Source of the DNA: Lama glama | Taxonomy: Eukaryota | Direction: 5' to 3' | Length of the DNA stretch: 64,000 nt | NCBI GenBank assembly: GCA_028534125.1 | Contig: CM052816.1 | Span: 43,898,001 to 43,962,000 of the forward strand | Translations under genes and position numbers: made by a program | The notes under the pieces: generated by a model | What the model saw: the letters and a program-made list of their open reading frames with translations, nothing else | Told to the model about the DNA's origin: nothing | Database searches by the model: none | In this document: one piece after another, positions 62,109 to 64,000 of the stretch | How the letters are laid out: each line of letters opens with the position of its first letter | How positions within the stretch are numbered: position 1 is the first letter of the stretch

Positions 62109-64000
62109 TAGGCCGAAAGCAAAATCTTTACAGAAAACTTATTTCTTTCTTTTTCCTTCCTTCCTTTCTGCCCCCTCCCTCCACATTTCATACACGATTT
62201 GAAGTGTTTGAGCAACATATAGTCAGGGGAACTTTATTTATAACCCACCAACTTCTTGGAGAGATATTATAAGTAGCAATTACTTCATGCTTTGACTCCC
62301 CTCCACCTGGCTAATACTCTCACTCTTGGTTGGTTCCATGCAAAGGATAGATGTCCATTGCATCTTCCAATGCTAATTCTAATCAACTAATGGAAATACT
62401 GGTGTTATTTTGGAGTGCAAGTTTTCGAAAGATTCTGAAGCTGTGTTGAGGCTTAGGAAAAAGCAATGTGACCAATTATCAATGTAAATATTTGCTGTGA
62501 ACCCAGGAGGAGGGAAGTAGTGCCATGTTTCAAAGTGAGAGAGACCTGGAAAAGTGCTTTAGAGATAGGAAGGCAGATTGATTCATTGGATTACAAAGAA
62601 GCTTGAAGTTATTGGGGTAAATGCTGAGGGAAGAGATGCCCAAAGGGAATAATCTTGTCTTATTTCAAATATTCTTCTTGGGAATCAACCTGGACTAATA
62701 TTTCTTAGAGTCCATAACTGTGTATGTCACAGCGAACTGGAATAACAGCCCTTGCTAGGCTCCCAGTGTTCTACTGGGCTGTGATCCACACACAAAAATA
62801 ATTCCTTTGGCCTAGGGAGATTCACAGGCTATATAAAACCATGAATGGTTTTGCTCATCATTACAGTTGATAAAAGTGCTGTGAGCAACTTTTAGTAGCC
62901 TGACAAGTATCTCAAACTGAGAAGGTGCATGACCAAAGGAAAACTGAGGGTTAACTGGCATTGTTATAAACTTTAGATTGTGTTTGATGAGCCCTGATTG
63001 AATATCAGATTTGAGATGTCCCTTTCTCACAAAGTACTTGAGAAAAAGAAAAATACTTGTTAGAATTATTTTTCAGATGTCCTGTTTTATCATTACAGCA
63101 TGGCCTCAAAAGTAGCTGGAGGGAAATGTCAAAATACTAGTTTTTGCTTAAGAATCTCTATATATTGACCAAGAGCAATGCTTCCTATCTGTAGAGCTGT
63201 GAAGTCCATAGCTTTAGGGAACTGGATGGTCTAGAATGCATATTTGAGCAACAGACATTTCTCCTCAAATAGTAAACTCTTAACCTTTCATTTTCATGTA
63301 CATGTAACTTAGATATTTGCTTGAAGAATTTTTTTTTATTGTTTTTATCAGTGGAGATGGAGAAATCCCATTATCTAAGCCTAGGAAGAGAAAAGTCTCT
63401 TCTCAACTGATATGTATATCATTTTAATTGGGCACAGTTCTAATGATACACACTTGACAAATGACATGTTTACAATTAAGACTTCTTCACATTAGTTGTG
63501 ACATTAACTTACTACAGCCAACTCATCATTTAAATTTTGTGCTAATTTAATACTAGATATATGCTACAGTTGAAATACTCATAGTATCAAAATGTTGGAA
63601 GGTATAAAATAATGTACCTCCTTTATGCAATTAAATCTACTAATTAACAACCCATTCATGTTGGGTTTATGGCACAGAAACTTCTTACCAATCAAATGAG
63701 CTGTTGTCGGGTTAAAGAGAAACAAATGTTTCGTGAGTGTTGAAAACAATACAGAAAGTCCTAATACATAATAATTATTTAAGACTCAATCTCAATGTCT
63801 GTGGTTGAGTGTAAGTAGGACATACACAGGGAAGTGGAAAGAGAGCAATGTTTTAGGATTGATATACAGTGAATAGCTTTGCATGAAAAATTAAGATTCC
63901 TCTGAACCTACCTGAAATAAAGCATCCGGTGCGTGATAGAGATGGATCACTTGCTCTCATAAATCTGGCATTTAAACTGAACTAGTTATGAATATTTGTG

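Noticed and set aside
1..64000. CRISPR arrays, operons or other prokaryotic/phage systems
   Set aside because: The sequence is mammalian (MIR, L2, L1 and MaLR present), with no regularly spaced repeats and no long ORFs.

Overview
AT-rich mammalian genomic DNA, most likely camelid. The L1 3' ends are artiodactyl-type, and I saw no Bov-A/Bov-tA, CHR or PRE-1 SINEs. No prokaryotic-type system, RNA gene or long ORF is supported, and the ORF track is essentially noise. The best gene-level signal is on the minus strand: a strong splice acceptor at 5681-5682 opens a probable terminal exon, followed by about 4 kb with no recognisable transposons and 3'UTR-like character, with poly(A) signals near 1.7-1.9 kb. 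A few weaker candidate exons lie upstream. I could not identify the gene. The rest looks like a large intron carrying ancient eutherian repeats: MIR, L2, old L1, MER5, MLT1, MLT2, LTR33, a fossil ERV-L pol fragment and a possible Gypsy-type LTR. It also holds two younger L1 3' fragments, microsatellites and several repeat-free blocks dense in transcription-factor motifs. Repeat family names come from recalled consensus resemblance, not from a database search, and boundaries are approximate. I found no convincing novel biological system; the findings are modest and testable.
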